A stretch of DNA of 64,000 bases from Deltaproteobacteria bacterium (GTDB lineage Bacteria; SAR324; NAC60-12), in assembly GCA_038150265.1 (NCBI GenBank), contig JAYOTF010000005.1, forward strand, positions 32,001 through 96,000, written 5' to 3'. Numbering within the stretch: position 1 is the stretch's first letter; every line of letters starts with the position of its first letter. Shown one piece after another: positions 21,394-29,729 of this stretch. A program made the translations under genes and the position numbers. The notes under the pieces are model-generated. The model worked only from the letters and a program-made list of their open reading frames with translations, was not told where the DNA came from and searched no databases.

Positions 21394-21822
21394 GTGACGC
21401 ATCGTTACCGAAAATGGTTCTTCCTCACTGCGACCTGCTGGAGCCTGACCCTGGGAACCGGCACCGCCCAGCCGGCTTCAGGCAACACCCCTGCCGCCCA
21501 GCGGCACGCCGACTTTGCCTGGGAGCGCCTCCGGGGGTGGGAACTGCAGTCCGTGGAAGCGACCTTCGAAGGCTTCGTCTGCGTGACCACCCTCAAGGGA
21601 GGAGTCGGGTTCCGACGCAAGGTCCTCCAGCAGCAGGAGGAGGCGCGCCAGCTGTTTTCCGACCTCCGGGCCCATGCGATTGAAGCCTCTGGAAGTGTCG
21701 GGTGTGTGGTCTATGCCTCCAGTCAGGGCCGGCAGTTTGCGGAGGCGGCGGTCCGGAGCTTCCTGGATCGGAGCAAGAGCATGGTCTACTTCTATGGGGC
21801 GGCGCCCCAGGTGCAGCCGTGA
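21394..21822 (+). CDS. Hypothetical secreted protein (142 aa)
   Basis: AGGAGG RBS, GTG start, signal-peptide-like N-terminus, two Cys in the mature region. Confidence 0.65.
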   Translation: MTHRYRKWFFLTATCWSLTLGTGTAQPASGNTPAAQRHADFAWERLRGWELQSVEATFEGFVCVTTLKGGVGFRRKVLQQQEEARQLFSDLRAHAIEASGSVGCVVYASSQGRQFAEAAVRSFLDRSKSMVYFYGAAPQVQP

Positions 21823-21830
21823 AGGGGCCG

Positions 21831-22394
21831 CTAGCTCCGAGGCACCGGAGCCACCGCTTCCATGGGCAACCCGGCTGCTTCCCAGGCCTCAATTCCGTCC
21901 TTGAACCAGGCGATGTGCGAGTAGCCCATTTCGGAGACACGCTTGACGGCGTTCCAGGACATCCAGCAATTTGCTGTGCAGTAGAACACAATCCGGACCT
22001 CCGGATCAACAGCTGTTTGCGTCCTCATGAAATCCGAAAGGTAATTGAGCCACTCGGGGAGCAAGTCGCCGTGTCCAACGTTGGGAAGCCAGTAGCTGCC
22101 CGCAATGGCACGGTGGGGCTCGTCCCAGATGAAGCGCCCACTTCGGAACAGGGTGGGCTGAACGTCCACCAGCACCAGCGGCTTCCCGTCCTGCCGCATG
22201 GCTTCCAGTTCCGCGACATGAACGGTCGCACCGCCTTCCGCCGCTTCTGGGGTCGGAAAGCTGTAGTGCATGATCCGGTAGCCATCGATGGTGAAGTATT
22301 CGTCTTCCCAATCATCCGAGGCTCCGGTATCCTGCGACCAAGCCGTGCTGCTCAGCAGCACTACTCCTAAAACTCCCACCACGAACCGCCTCAT
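21831..22394 (-). CDS. PQQ-catabolism-associated CXXCW rhodanese-domain protein
   Basis: Signal peptide; GSYWLPNVG, VFYCTANCWMSWNA, WFKDGIEAW. Confidence 0.85.
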   Translation of the reverse strand: MRRFVVGVLGVVLLSSTAWSQDTGASDDWEDEYFTIDGYRIMHYSFPTPEAAEGGATVHVAELEAMRQDGKPLVLVDVQPTLFRSGRFIWDEPHRAIAGSYWLPNVGHGDLLPEWLNYLSDFMRTQTAVDPEVRIVFYCTANCWMSWNAVKRVSEMGYSHIAWFKDGIEAWEAAGLPMEAVAPVPRS

Positions 22395-22953
22395 GAAACT
22401 CATCTTTGCCTTTTTTGTGTTTGTGCTGCTTGGCACACCAGCCGTCCTCCAGGCGGAAGGAGGAACGGAAAATACGGGGGTTGCCGCCCTGAAGGCCTAT
22501 GCGGTCTTCAAAATGGGACGCTACGAAGAGTCCCTGGCCATGTGGCAAGCGCTCTCGGATCAGGGCAACACCACCGCCATGATCAACCTTGCCAACCAGT
22601 ACGAAAAGGGCCTAGGGACCCCGAAGGACCTCGATCAGTCCACCTTCTGGCTCACCAGGGCGGCGGATCTGGGAGATCCGGTGGCGCAGTTGAACCTTGG
22701 CCTGGCCTATGAAGAAGGCCTCGGGGTGGAAAAGAACAACCGCACGGCTGCTCAGTACTTCCGGAAGGCAGCGGAGCAAGGCGACCGCGACGCTCAGTTC
22801 AACCTCGGTGTGATGCTGGCCACCAATTATGGAACCGACGCTCCTCCGGATGCGACGACTGTTGCCGAGGCCCGACGCTGGCTGACGGCAGCCAAAGAGG
22901 CCCGTCATCCGGACGCCGGTACCTTCTTGCAACTGCTTCCGCAGGAGCCGTGA
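22393..22953 (+). CDS. Secreted Sel1-repeat protein
   Basis: Signal MKLIFAFFVFVLLG; three Sel1 repeats (AMINLANQYEKGLG, AQLNLGLAYEEGLG, AQFNLGVM). Confidence 0.88.
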   Translation: MKLIFAFFVFVLLGTPAVLQAEGGTENTGVAALKAYAVFKMGRYEESLAMWQALSDQGNTTAMINLANQYEKGLGTPKDLDQSTFWLTRAADLGDPVAQLNLGLAYEEGLGVEKNNRTAAQYFRKAAEQGDRDAQFNLGVMLATNYGTDAPPDATTVAEARRWLTAAKEARHPDAGTFLQLLPQEP

Positions 22954-23931
22954 TCAGCCTTCGGGCAGCACCCGGACCCCCCACGGGAAGCGTCCCACCT
23001 TGATGGACTTGAGCACCTTCAGGTCCTCCACGTCAATCACCGACACATCGCCACTGACCCCGTTGGTGGTGAGCAGCCGTTTTCCGTCGGGCGTGAGGTC
23101 CATGTGCCACACGCGCCGTCCCACCAGCAGGTACTTTTCCACTTCATAGGTTTCCGTGTTGACGACGGCCACGTGGTTGGCCGGCCCCAGGGCCACAAAG
23201 GCGAGGGTCTCATCCTGGTTGAAGCGGATGCCCACGGGCTGAATGCGGTTGGGGTGGATGCCCCGGATCTTGAAGCCGAACTCCTTGACGGGTTCCTGCG
23301 TGGCCACATCAATCACGTGAATGGTCCCGCCGATCTCAGCCGAAGCCCAGACCAGGTTGCGGGTGTGCATGAACTCCACGTGCCGGGGACGCTGTCCCAC
23401 GAGTGTGTTGTGGACCAACTCCCGGGTTTCGGTGTTGATCCAGTGCAGCATGTTGGTGGTTTCAGACGTGTTGATCGCCCACTTGCCGTCTGGACTCACC
23501 GCCATGCCTTCCGGCTCCACGCCCACGTCAATCTGAGCCAGCACCTCCCGGGTTTCAGTATCGACAACGGTGGCAATGTTGTCGTTCTCATTGGAAATGT
23601 AGAGGTCCCGGTTGTTGGGGTGCAGGGCAAACTGTTCCGGATCCTCTCCAGAGGGCAGGTTGTGGGTGATCGTCCGGGTGGCGACATCCAGCACCTGCAC
23701 GGTGTTGTCATCGCTGGCACAGATGAACAGGTGCTTGAAGTCCTTGCTGAAGATGATGCCCCGTGGACGCAGCCCAACGGGAATCGTTTCGACCAGCTCG
23801 AGGGTCTTGAGGTCGATGACCGACAGGGTGTTGTCCTTCTCATTGGAAACCCACGCGGTTTGAGCCAGCGTCCATCCGGCTGAGCTGAGCCCCAGCACGC
23901 CCAGCACCCCCACTTTCCAGAGCTTAATCAT
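22954..23931 (-). CDS. PQQ-catabolism-associated YVTN beta-propeller (PedA1-like)
   Basis: AWVSNEKDNTLSVID, VGLRPRGI, LPSGEDPE, VGVEPEGM, VGRRVWH, VGRFPWG. Confidence 0.9.
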   Translation of the reverse strand: MIKLWKVGVLGVLGLSSAGWTLAQTAWVSNEKDNTLSVIDLKTLELVETIPVGLRPRGIIFSKDFKHLFICASDDNTVQVLDVATRTITHNLPSGEDPEQFALHPNNRDLYISNENDNIATVVDTETREVLAQIDVGVEPEGMAVSPDGKWAINTSETTNMLHWINTETRELVHNTLVGQRPRHVEFMHTRNLVWASAEIGGTIHVIDVATQEPVKEFGFKIRGIHPNRIQPVGIRFNQDETLAFVALGPANHVAVVNTETYEVEKYLLVGRRVWHMDLTPDGKRLLTTNGVSGDVSVIDVEDLKVLKSIKVGRFPWGVRVLPEG

Positions 23932-24352
23932 CGTCTTCCTCGTCAAATTTGGATTTCTCTTCGTTCAGGACGCCGGCTTCAATGACGGCCTCGGCAATTC
24001 CTGCCTGGGCAACAATGCCGTCCCACGGCATGCCTGCGCGCCACTCGCCCTCATACATCGCCATGTCGGCACTGGCTTCCAGGCAGAGGCCTGAGGCAAT
24101 TTCGGGATCGACCTCTTCCACCTCATCGGCTTCGACCGCCGCACAGATTTCCAGGCTTCCATAAAAGTACCCCACGCCCTGGCCGTGAGGGACCCCGTCC
24201 TGGTCCTCTCCTTCGTACTCGGCCAGGTAGGCGTCCGGAAGCTCGGGTGTCCAGGTGAGGTCTTCGGTCAGGTAGAGTGAGTTGGCCAAGGTGGCTCCCG
24301 GCAGCAAACAGGTGCCCAGAAGCCCGATCAACAGAGAAGCAGTCGGTCTCAT
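23924..24352 (-). CDS. Small, highly acidic secreted protein with MORN-like repeats
   Basis: Signal peptide; YEGEDQDGVPHGQG and YEGEWRAGMPWDG; overlaps both neighbouring genes. Confidence 0.7.
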   Translation of the reverse strand: MRPTASLLIGLLGTCLLPGATLANSLYLTEDLTWTPELPDAYLAEYEGEDQDGVPHGQGVGYFYGSLEICAAVEADEVEEVDPEIASGLCLEASADMAMYEGEWRAGMPWDGIVAQAGIAEAVIEAGVLNEEKSKFDEEDDD

Positions 24353-25527
24353 TGAAAGGCAGTACATTGGGATTCAGGTTGATCAAAGCCCAGGGTATCC
24401 AGCTCCGTTTTCGGGTGCAAAAACCCCTGTTGCGGAGACGTGGAAACGAGGGCACGTGGATGAACCAGCGGGATGGTCTGACGCAACTGGCCGTTCCAGG
24501 ACCGGAAGTTCAGGCTCAGCCCCTTGAAGCCGGCAATCTTGAGCTGATCGCCAAGGAGGTACGTCCGGAGCGTTGTCGGGTCGGCGGCCTTGGTGCGAGT
24601 GACCGCCTCGCCGATGGCCCGCATCGCCACCCAGGCGGCATAATCCCGGGCCCGCATGTCACGGTCGGCGAGGCGCTGAAAGCGTTCCTGCAGCTGCACG
24701 GCGCCCCACTGCTCCACCACGCGGTCCCAGGTGGTGGCCACGAGTCCCTGAGTTCCCGCGACTGGGCGGGGGTCTCGGGTGTGGTAGGGCAGGTATTCGC
24801 CAAAGTCTCCGATTTCATCGGCCACGACGAGGATGTCGTACTCCTCTGGAATTTGCGTGAACAGGGGGAATTCCTGCTGCGCCAGCCGGCGCATGTCCGA
24901 GTCGAAGGTCCATTGCTTCTCGGCAACAATCTTGATGCCATACCGCTTGGCTGTCCGCTTGAGGGACGCGACGTAGAGCCGGTCGCCCGGCTTGTTTCCG
25001 GAGATGAGGAACCAGCGCTTCCACTTCATGGCAAGCAGGTACTGCCCGAGCGCATCAGTGAGCATGGCGCGGCTGGGCAGGGTGTGCAGCAGGTTGGCCT
25101 GGCACTGTTCCTCGCGGAGGGCATTTTCCGGGGCTCCCGCATTGAAAAGCAGCACATCGGAGCCGGTGGCCAATTCGGCTGCGCGTTGGGTTTCTGCCGC
25201 CGGTGCATTGAGAACCAGGTACTGGGTTCCGGAGGCAAGGACCTCCTGAACCGCAGCCTCCCAGTCTCCGCCAGTGGGAACCACGACTTCCTGCAACGTG
25301 TAGCTTTGTCCGAGAAAGCGTCCGGAGGCGAGGTTGTCCTGAATGCCAAGCCGAGCCCCCTGGAGGCCGAGGTCTTCTGGAACTTCATCCAGGTTGGAAA
25401 GCACCGGGGGGCGTTCCACTTGTTGCTCCAGGTACGTGACTGCGACCTCGAGTTTGGAGTTCGATTGCCCCCAGCCGGGAGCGGCGAGAACCATCAGAGC
25501 AGTGATCAGGAGGAGACGGAGCTTCAT
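24349..25527 (-). CDS. Substrate-binding protein of PQQ-ADH systems (PedA2-like)
   Basis: GARLGIQDN, LHTLPSRAMLTDALGQYL, ADEIGDFGEY, RPVAGTQGL, EQWGAVQLQERF, DTLGFDQPESQC. Confidence 0.9.
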   Translation of the reverse strand: MKLRLLLITALMVLAAPGWGQSNSKLEVAVTYLEQQVERPPVLSNLDEVPEDLGLQGARLGIQDNLASGRFLGQSYTLQEVVVPTGGDWEAAVQEVLASGTQYLVLNAPAAETQRAAELATGSDVLLFNAGAPENALREEQCQANLLHTLPSRAMLTDALGQYLLAMKWKRWFLISGNKPGDRLYVASLKRTAKRYGIKIVAEKQWTFDSDMRRLAQQEFPLFTQIPEEYDILVVADEIGDFGEYLPYHTRDPRPVAGTQGLVATTWDRVVEQWGAVQLQERFQRLADRDMRARDYAAWVAMRAIGEAVTRTKAADPTTLRTYLLGDQLKIAGFKGLSLNFRSWNGQLRQTIPLVHPRALVSTSPQQGFLHPKTELDTLGFDQPESQCTAFQ

Positions 25528-26465
25528 TGCGGCGTCTGGATCAGAGAAAAGGTTTGGGCTTCGTATTTGGGATAAAGGTGAACCACGGAGCGTGCCAGCT
25601 CTTCCCGGAAGAGGGCAATGCTTTCAAACTCCTTGGGTGTGGGAGTTTGCATGACCTCGTTCATGTTCCGTCCCTTCATGCTGGCCCGCGCAAAGACCTC
25701 ATGAAGCCACTGCAGGTGCTTCTGCGTCTGCTGGATGGGGCGGGTATCGGTGGCCGTTTCGCCATGTCCGGGCACCAGGAGGGTGAAGGGGAGCTGTTCC
25801 AACTCCTTGAGCGATTCCAGCCAGGCCGCAATCTGCGCATGCGGGGTCGCCAGGGCCCGGTTGTGGAAGACAATGTCTCCGGCAAACAGCACACCGGTGG
25901 TTTCATCAAAGATCGCCAGGTCGGCGCTCGTGTGGCCATGCAGGGCGATCAGGCGCAGGCGGTGCCCGCCAAACTCAACAGTCCCCGGAGCAAGCGTGTG
26001 TTGGGGAAGCCGCACATCGGTTCCCTGCATCGGGGCGCCGACGAGGCGGTAGAGGTTGTCCAGAAAGCCGGGGCCCTGCGTCTTGAGGCCCTCAATGGTC
26101 TTCGGAAGCGCATGGAGCTGATCGGCGTCAAAGGCCTGGTTGCCAAAGGCATGATCCGGGTGGTGGTGGGTGATCCAGACCTGCCAGATGGGCTGATCCG
26201 TCACCGTGGCAATGGCCTCCCGGAGCGCCTCGCCATAGAGCTTCGAGGGGCCGGAGTCGATCACGAGCACCCCCTCCGGAGTGGTCACGAAGGAGATGTT
26301 GACAATGTTGCCGTGATTCTCCCGAGCGAGCCCCTCCTTTTTGCCAAACAGCACATACGTGTCCGGCGCCACCTGCTGGGGCTTGAGGTCGTAGAAGGAC
26401 TTGCTCCAGCCAGGACTTGGCAGGAACAGCAGGCTGATCAGGCAGAGGCGGAGCAGCGGCATCAT
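25524..26465 (-). CDS. Quinoprotein relay system zinc metallohydrolase (MBL fold)
   Basis: THHHPDHAFGN, GHTSADL, AGDIVF, VPGHG; signal peptide. Confidence 0.85.
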   Translation of the reverse strand: MMPLLRLCLISLLFLPSPGWSKSFYDLKPQQVAPDTYVLFGKKEGLARENHGNIVNISFVTTPEGVLVIDSGPSKLYGEALREAIATVTDQPIWQVWITHHHPDHAFGNQAFDADQLHALPKTIEGLKTQGPGFLDNLYRLVGAPMQGTDVRLPQHTLAPGTVEFGGHRLRLIALHGHTSADLAIFDETTGVLFAGDIVFHNRALATPHAQIAAWLESLKELEQLPFTLLVPGHGETATDTRPIQQTQKHLQWLHEVFARASMKGRNMNEVMQTPTPKEFESIALFREELARSVVHLYPKYEAQTFSLIQTPQ

Positions 26466-27268
26466 TGCATGGGAAACTGTGAAGCCAGCAGGTCCGGAAG
26501 GCGCGTTTGGGATTCAATCACGCCTTCGACCTGGAGGCCATTGTTGTCACGGAAGGTGACCCGGTAGCCGGACTCAGCGTGGTGCGGATCCAGCGTCAGG
26601 GTGGGATTTTCCGCAACGGGCTCATGGAGGCGCAGGCGTCCGAGCAACTCGTCAGTGCTGGCCTCTCGAACTTCCACCGTTTCAATGATGAAGACGGGGA
26701 TGCCGTCACTGAGTCCGGTGTCCATGGGGTGCATCAGGCGCACACGCAGGCGGTCGGTGGAGTCGTTTTCCGGCCAGACCTGTCCCCAGAGCTCGCCGTA
26801 GTGGTCCTCCCACGAGGCAATCTGCTGGCCGACGCTGGGCGTGGTGCAGCCTCCTCCTGCCGCATCGATGTAGGCTCCACCCACGTGCCAGACGCCATCG
26901 GTGGTGCGCATGGCAGCTCGGACCACGGTGCCCTGCTGGACCTTGAGGCGTACGGAAATCGAGGGATCGGCGTGAACGGGCTCATACGAGAGGACCCGGA
27001 TGATCGGGTTGAGGTCTGCCATGATCCGGACTTCCTCCACCTGGCCGTCTCCCCTCCAGTAGGCACTGACGGGGACCTGCATGCTGTCTTCTGCAGAGGC
27101 AGGAAGCAGCACCTCTACCTGCGAGTCAAAGGCCACTGGGCCTCCGTCCAGGTGGTGCTCATGCACGTACTCCCACATGGGGGACTGGTAGGGGTCTTCC
27201 GGGACAGCGGCCCACGCGGTCAGGCCTCCTAGCAGGGCCACCGTGGTGGCCAGGAACGATTTGATCAT
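26462..27268 (-). CDS. Quinoprotein dehydrogenase-associated SoxYZ-like carrier
   Basis: DPYQSPMW, AEDSMQVPV, DAAGGGCTTP swinging-arm Cys, SoxZ-like HPMDTGL. Confidence 0.88.
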   Translation of the reverse strand: MIKSFLATTVALLGGLTAWAAVPEDPYQSPMWEYVHEHHLDGGPVAFDSQVEVLLPASAEDSMQVPVSAYWRGDGQVEEVRIMADLNPIIRVLSYEPVHADPSISVRLKVQQGTVVRAAMRTTDGVWHVGGAYIDAAGGGCTTPSVGQQIASWEDHYGELWGQVWPENDSTDRLRVRLMHPMDTGLSDGIPVFIIETVEVREASTDELLGRLRLHEPVAENPTLTLDPHHAESGYRVTFRDNNGLQVEGVIESQTRLPDLLASQFPMQ

Positions 27269-27984
27269 GCTTCCTCCTTATCAGGTGCGGAAAAGGTAAG
27301 CTCGCGACGCAACTCGGCCAGAAACTCGGCGTTTCGGTGTTCCCGAGGCTGGGTCAGGTGAGTCTCGTGTACAATGCCCCGGGCTTCCGGGCTGAAGAAC
27401 AGGACTCGGTCGGCCAACTCCAGCGCCTCGTTGAGGTCGTGGGTGACAAAGAGCACCGCGCACTGGCGTTCCTCCCACAGCTCAAGGAGCAGGCGGCGGA
27501 GCAAAGCCGCGTTTTCTTCATCAAGTGAAACAAATGGCTCATCAAGCAGCAACAGGTCCGGCTGAATCGAGAACGCGCGGGCCAGCGAAACGCGACGGGC
27601 CATGCCCAGTGAGAGGTCTCCGGGATACGCCTGTCGGTAGTCGAGCAGGCCCATGCGCTTCAGGTAGCGGAGCGGGCGGTCGCTGGACCGTTCTTCCGGA
27701 GGCAGCACCAGCCGGAGGTTCTGCTCAATGGTCCGCCATGGCAGCAGCGTGGGCTCTTGAAAGACATACGCCAGCCGCTGCTCAGGCGCTTGGTCAAAGC
27801 GGCCCTCGAAGTGCGGGTCAATGCCGGCGATGAGGTTCAAGAGGGTCGTCTTGCCACACCCGGAAGGGCCTGAGAGGGCAATGAACTCCCCTGGTGCCAC
27901 GGTGATGGAAACATTTTCCAAAACCACCCGGGGAGGCTCGCCTGCGCGTCCCGGAAAGGCCTTGCGTTCCAGATCAATCTGCAA
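27265..27984 (-). CDS. NitT/TauT-family ABC ATPase
   Basis: GPSGCGKT, LSLGMARRV, LLLDEPF, VTHD. Confidence 0.9.
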   Translation of the reverse strand: MQIDLERKAFPGRAGEPPRVVLENVSITVAPGEFIALSGPSGCGKTTLLNLIAGIDPHFEGRFDQAPEQRLAYVFQEPTLLPWRTIEQNLRLVLPPEERSSDRPLRYLKRMGLLDYRQAYPGDLSLGMARRVSLARAFSIQPDLLLLDEPFVSLDEENAALLRRLLLELWEERQCAVLFVTHDLNEALELADRVLFFSPEARGIVHETHLTQPREHRNAEFLAELRRELTFSAPDKEEA

Positions 27985-27996
27985 CTGCCCTCACTT

Positions 27997-28749
27997 TCAT
28001 GCTGGAACCGCCTTCCAGCGATTGGACCAGCGCTCAAGGGGTTGCAGGATCTGCCACTCAATCAACTGGACAACGACAATAAAAGCCGCACTGTAGGCCA
28101 GGATGCCGGCAACGTCAAATAGCTGGAAGTACGCGTGGAGCTGAAAGCCGACGCCGTTGCTGCGTCCGAGTAGCTCGACGACCAGGACGATCTTCCAGAT
28201 GAGCGCCAGTCCGGAACGCGCTGCTGCGGCAAGGTAGGGAGCCAGTTGGGGCAGCAGGATGTGCCAAAAGCGGTCGGCCCAGGAGAGGCGGTAGCTGATG
28301 GCCAGCGCGTTGAACTGCGGGTTGAAGCTCCGGGCGCCTTCCCGCAGGATCACGGTGACGTTCGGGACCTTGTTCAGGATGACGGCCAGCAACGCCGCTG
28401 CTTCCACCAGCCCCATGCTGAGGTAGCAGAGAATGATGGTCACCAATGCAGGGACGTTGAGCAGGATGACCAGCCAGAGGTCCAGAGTGGAGTTGACTCG
28501 CTCGGAGCGCCCCATGGCAACCCCGATGAGGCTTCCGGTGAACATGGCAATCACAAAGCAGATCAGCACGCGCTTGAGGGTGATGCCGAGGTGCCACCAA
28601 AGCTCCCCGCTCTGGGCTTCTTCCCAGAGTACCTCAAGGGTCTTGCCTGGGGTGGGCAAAAACGGAATCCACTGTCCAGAGGCAGCCAGGTGCCACGCTC
28701 CGACAATCAGCAGTAAGGATCCCCACGCACCCCAGCTATGCTGCTTCAT
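27997..28749 (-). CDS. NitT/TauT-family ABC permease
   Basis: LNVPALV, REGAR, WKIVLVVELLGRSNGVGF. Confidence 0.9.
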   Translation of the reverse strand: MKQHSWGAWGSLLLIVGAWHLAASGQWIPFLPTPGKTLEVLWEEAQSGELWWHLGITLKRVLICFVIAMFTGSLIGVAMGRSERVNSTLDLWLVILLNVPALVTIILCYLSMGLVEAAALLAVILNKVPNVTVILREGARSFNPQFNALAISYRLSWADRFWHILLPQLAPYLAAAARSGLALIWKIVLVVELLGRSNGVGFQLHAYFQLFDVAGILAYSAAFIVVVQLIEWQILQPLERWSNRWKAVPA

Positions 28750-29729
28750 GACTCGACGTCAGCCACTCCCCAGAAGGTGCCTTCGGCCAGCTGCGTGCTG
28801 TCGCCAATGAGCTTCTTGCCACCCAGTTTTCCCAAAATCCGGAAGAGCTTTTTGGCATCCCGGACCCCGGCTGCTGTGACGGGTTGGGGGGTGCCTTCGA
28901 GGTAACCCCGCTTGAGCTGCTCAAATTCCGCATCGTTCCTGGTTCCCATCTTGGGACGGAGCGAAGTCCAGGCGTCCGGATTGCGAGCGAGCAGGTCCTT
29001 GGCGCTGGTGGAGGCCTGAACCATCCCGGCGACTGCTTCAGGGTTGGCCTTGGCCCAGTCTTCCATGAAGATGTACCCCAGCATCGGCACCTGCTCCGTG
29101 ATGCCAAGCTGAGGAGCAACGTCGGTCAGGTTCATCAGGCGCTTCATGCCGGCCGCCTCAAGCTTGGCGGCAAAGTGCCAGTAGGTGATCACGGCGTCGA
29201 CGCGTCCAGCCTGCAGCTCCTTGCTCAGCAGCGGCGGTGCGCCAAAGACCTTCTCGATGGAATTGAGATCCAGGTTGTCCTGCTGCCCAAGGGCCTGCAG
29301 CATGAGCCAGCCCTTGGAGAGGGCGCCACCGACCACTCCGAGCTTCTTCCCTTCGAGGTCCTTGACGGAGGTGATGCCCGAGTCCGGACGGATCATCAGG
29401 CCACCGACCGAGGACGAGTAGGGGACAAAGCTAAAGGCGTGGCCCTGGTCGCGCATCCGGGAAACCCACATCCAGTCGGCAACCGCAACATCGGCAGCGC
29501 CCTGCTGAACGGCCATCCGGGTGGCACCAATGTCGGCGAGTTCCAGAATCTCCAACTCAATGCCGGCCTGGCGGTCCAGTCCGTTTTCCACAATGGCATT
29601 CAACTCCCAGTTGACCGTACCGGTTTTGGTACTGGCAACGCGAACCGTGGTTGCGGCGGCGGCAGAGCTCAGCAAGAGGCCTGAGACGGCAACCGCCAGA
29701 AATCGTTTAATCAGCATCGTTCTCCTCAT
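28746..29729 (-). CDS. NitT/TauT-family substrate-binding protein, PqqT-like
   Basis: GTVNWEL, DWMWVSR, PYSSSVG, FGAPPLL, YWHFAAKLEA; lies inside the PQQ-ADH cluster. Confidence 0.8.
   Translation of the reverse strand: MRRTMLIKRFLAVAVSGLLLSSAAAATTVRVASTKTGTVNWELNAIVENGLDRQAGIELEILELADIGATRMAVQQGAADVAVADWMWVSRMRDQGHAFSFVPYSSSVGGLMIRPDSGITSVKDLEGKKLGVVGGALSKGWLMLQALGQQDNLDLNSIEKVFGAPPLLSKELQAGRVDAVITYWHFAAKLEAAGMKRLMNLTDVAPQLGITEQVPMLGYIFMEDWAKANPEAVAGMVQASTSAKDLLARNPDAWTSLRPKMGTRNDAEFEQLKRGYLEGTPQPVTAAGVRDAKKLFRILGKLGGKKLIGDSTQLAEGTFWGVADVES

Noticed and set aside
26462..27268. Thiosulfate-oxidising Sox system
   Set aside because: Fused SoxYZ-like protein in a quinoprotein context; no soxAXBCD in the window.
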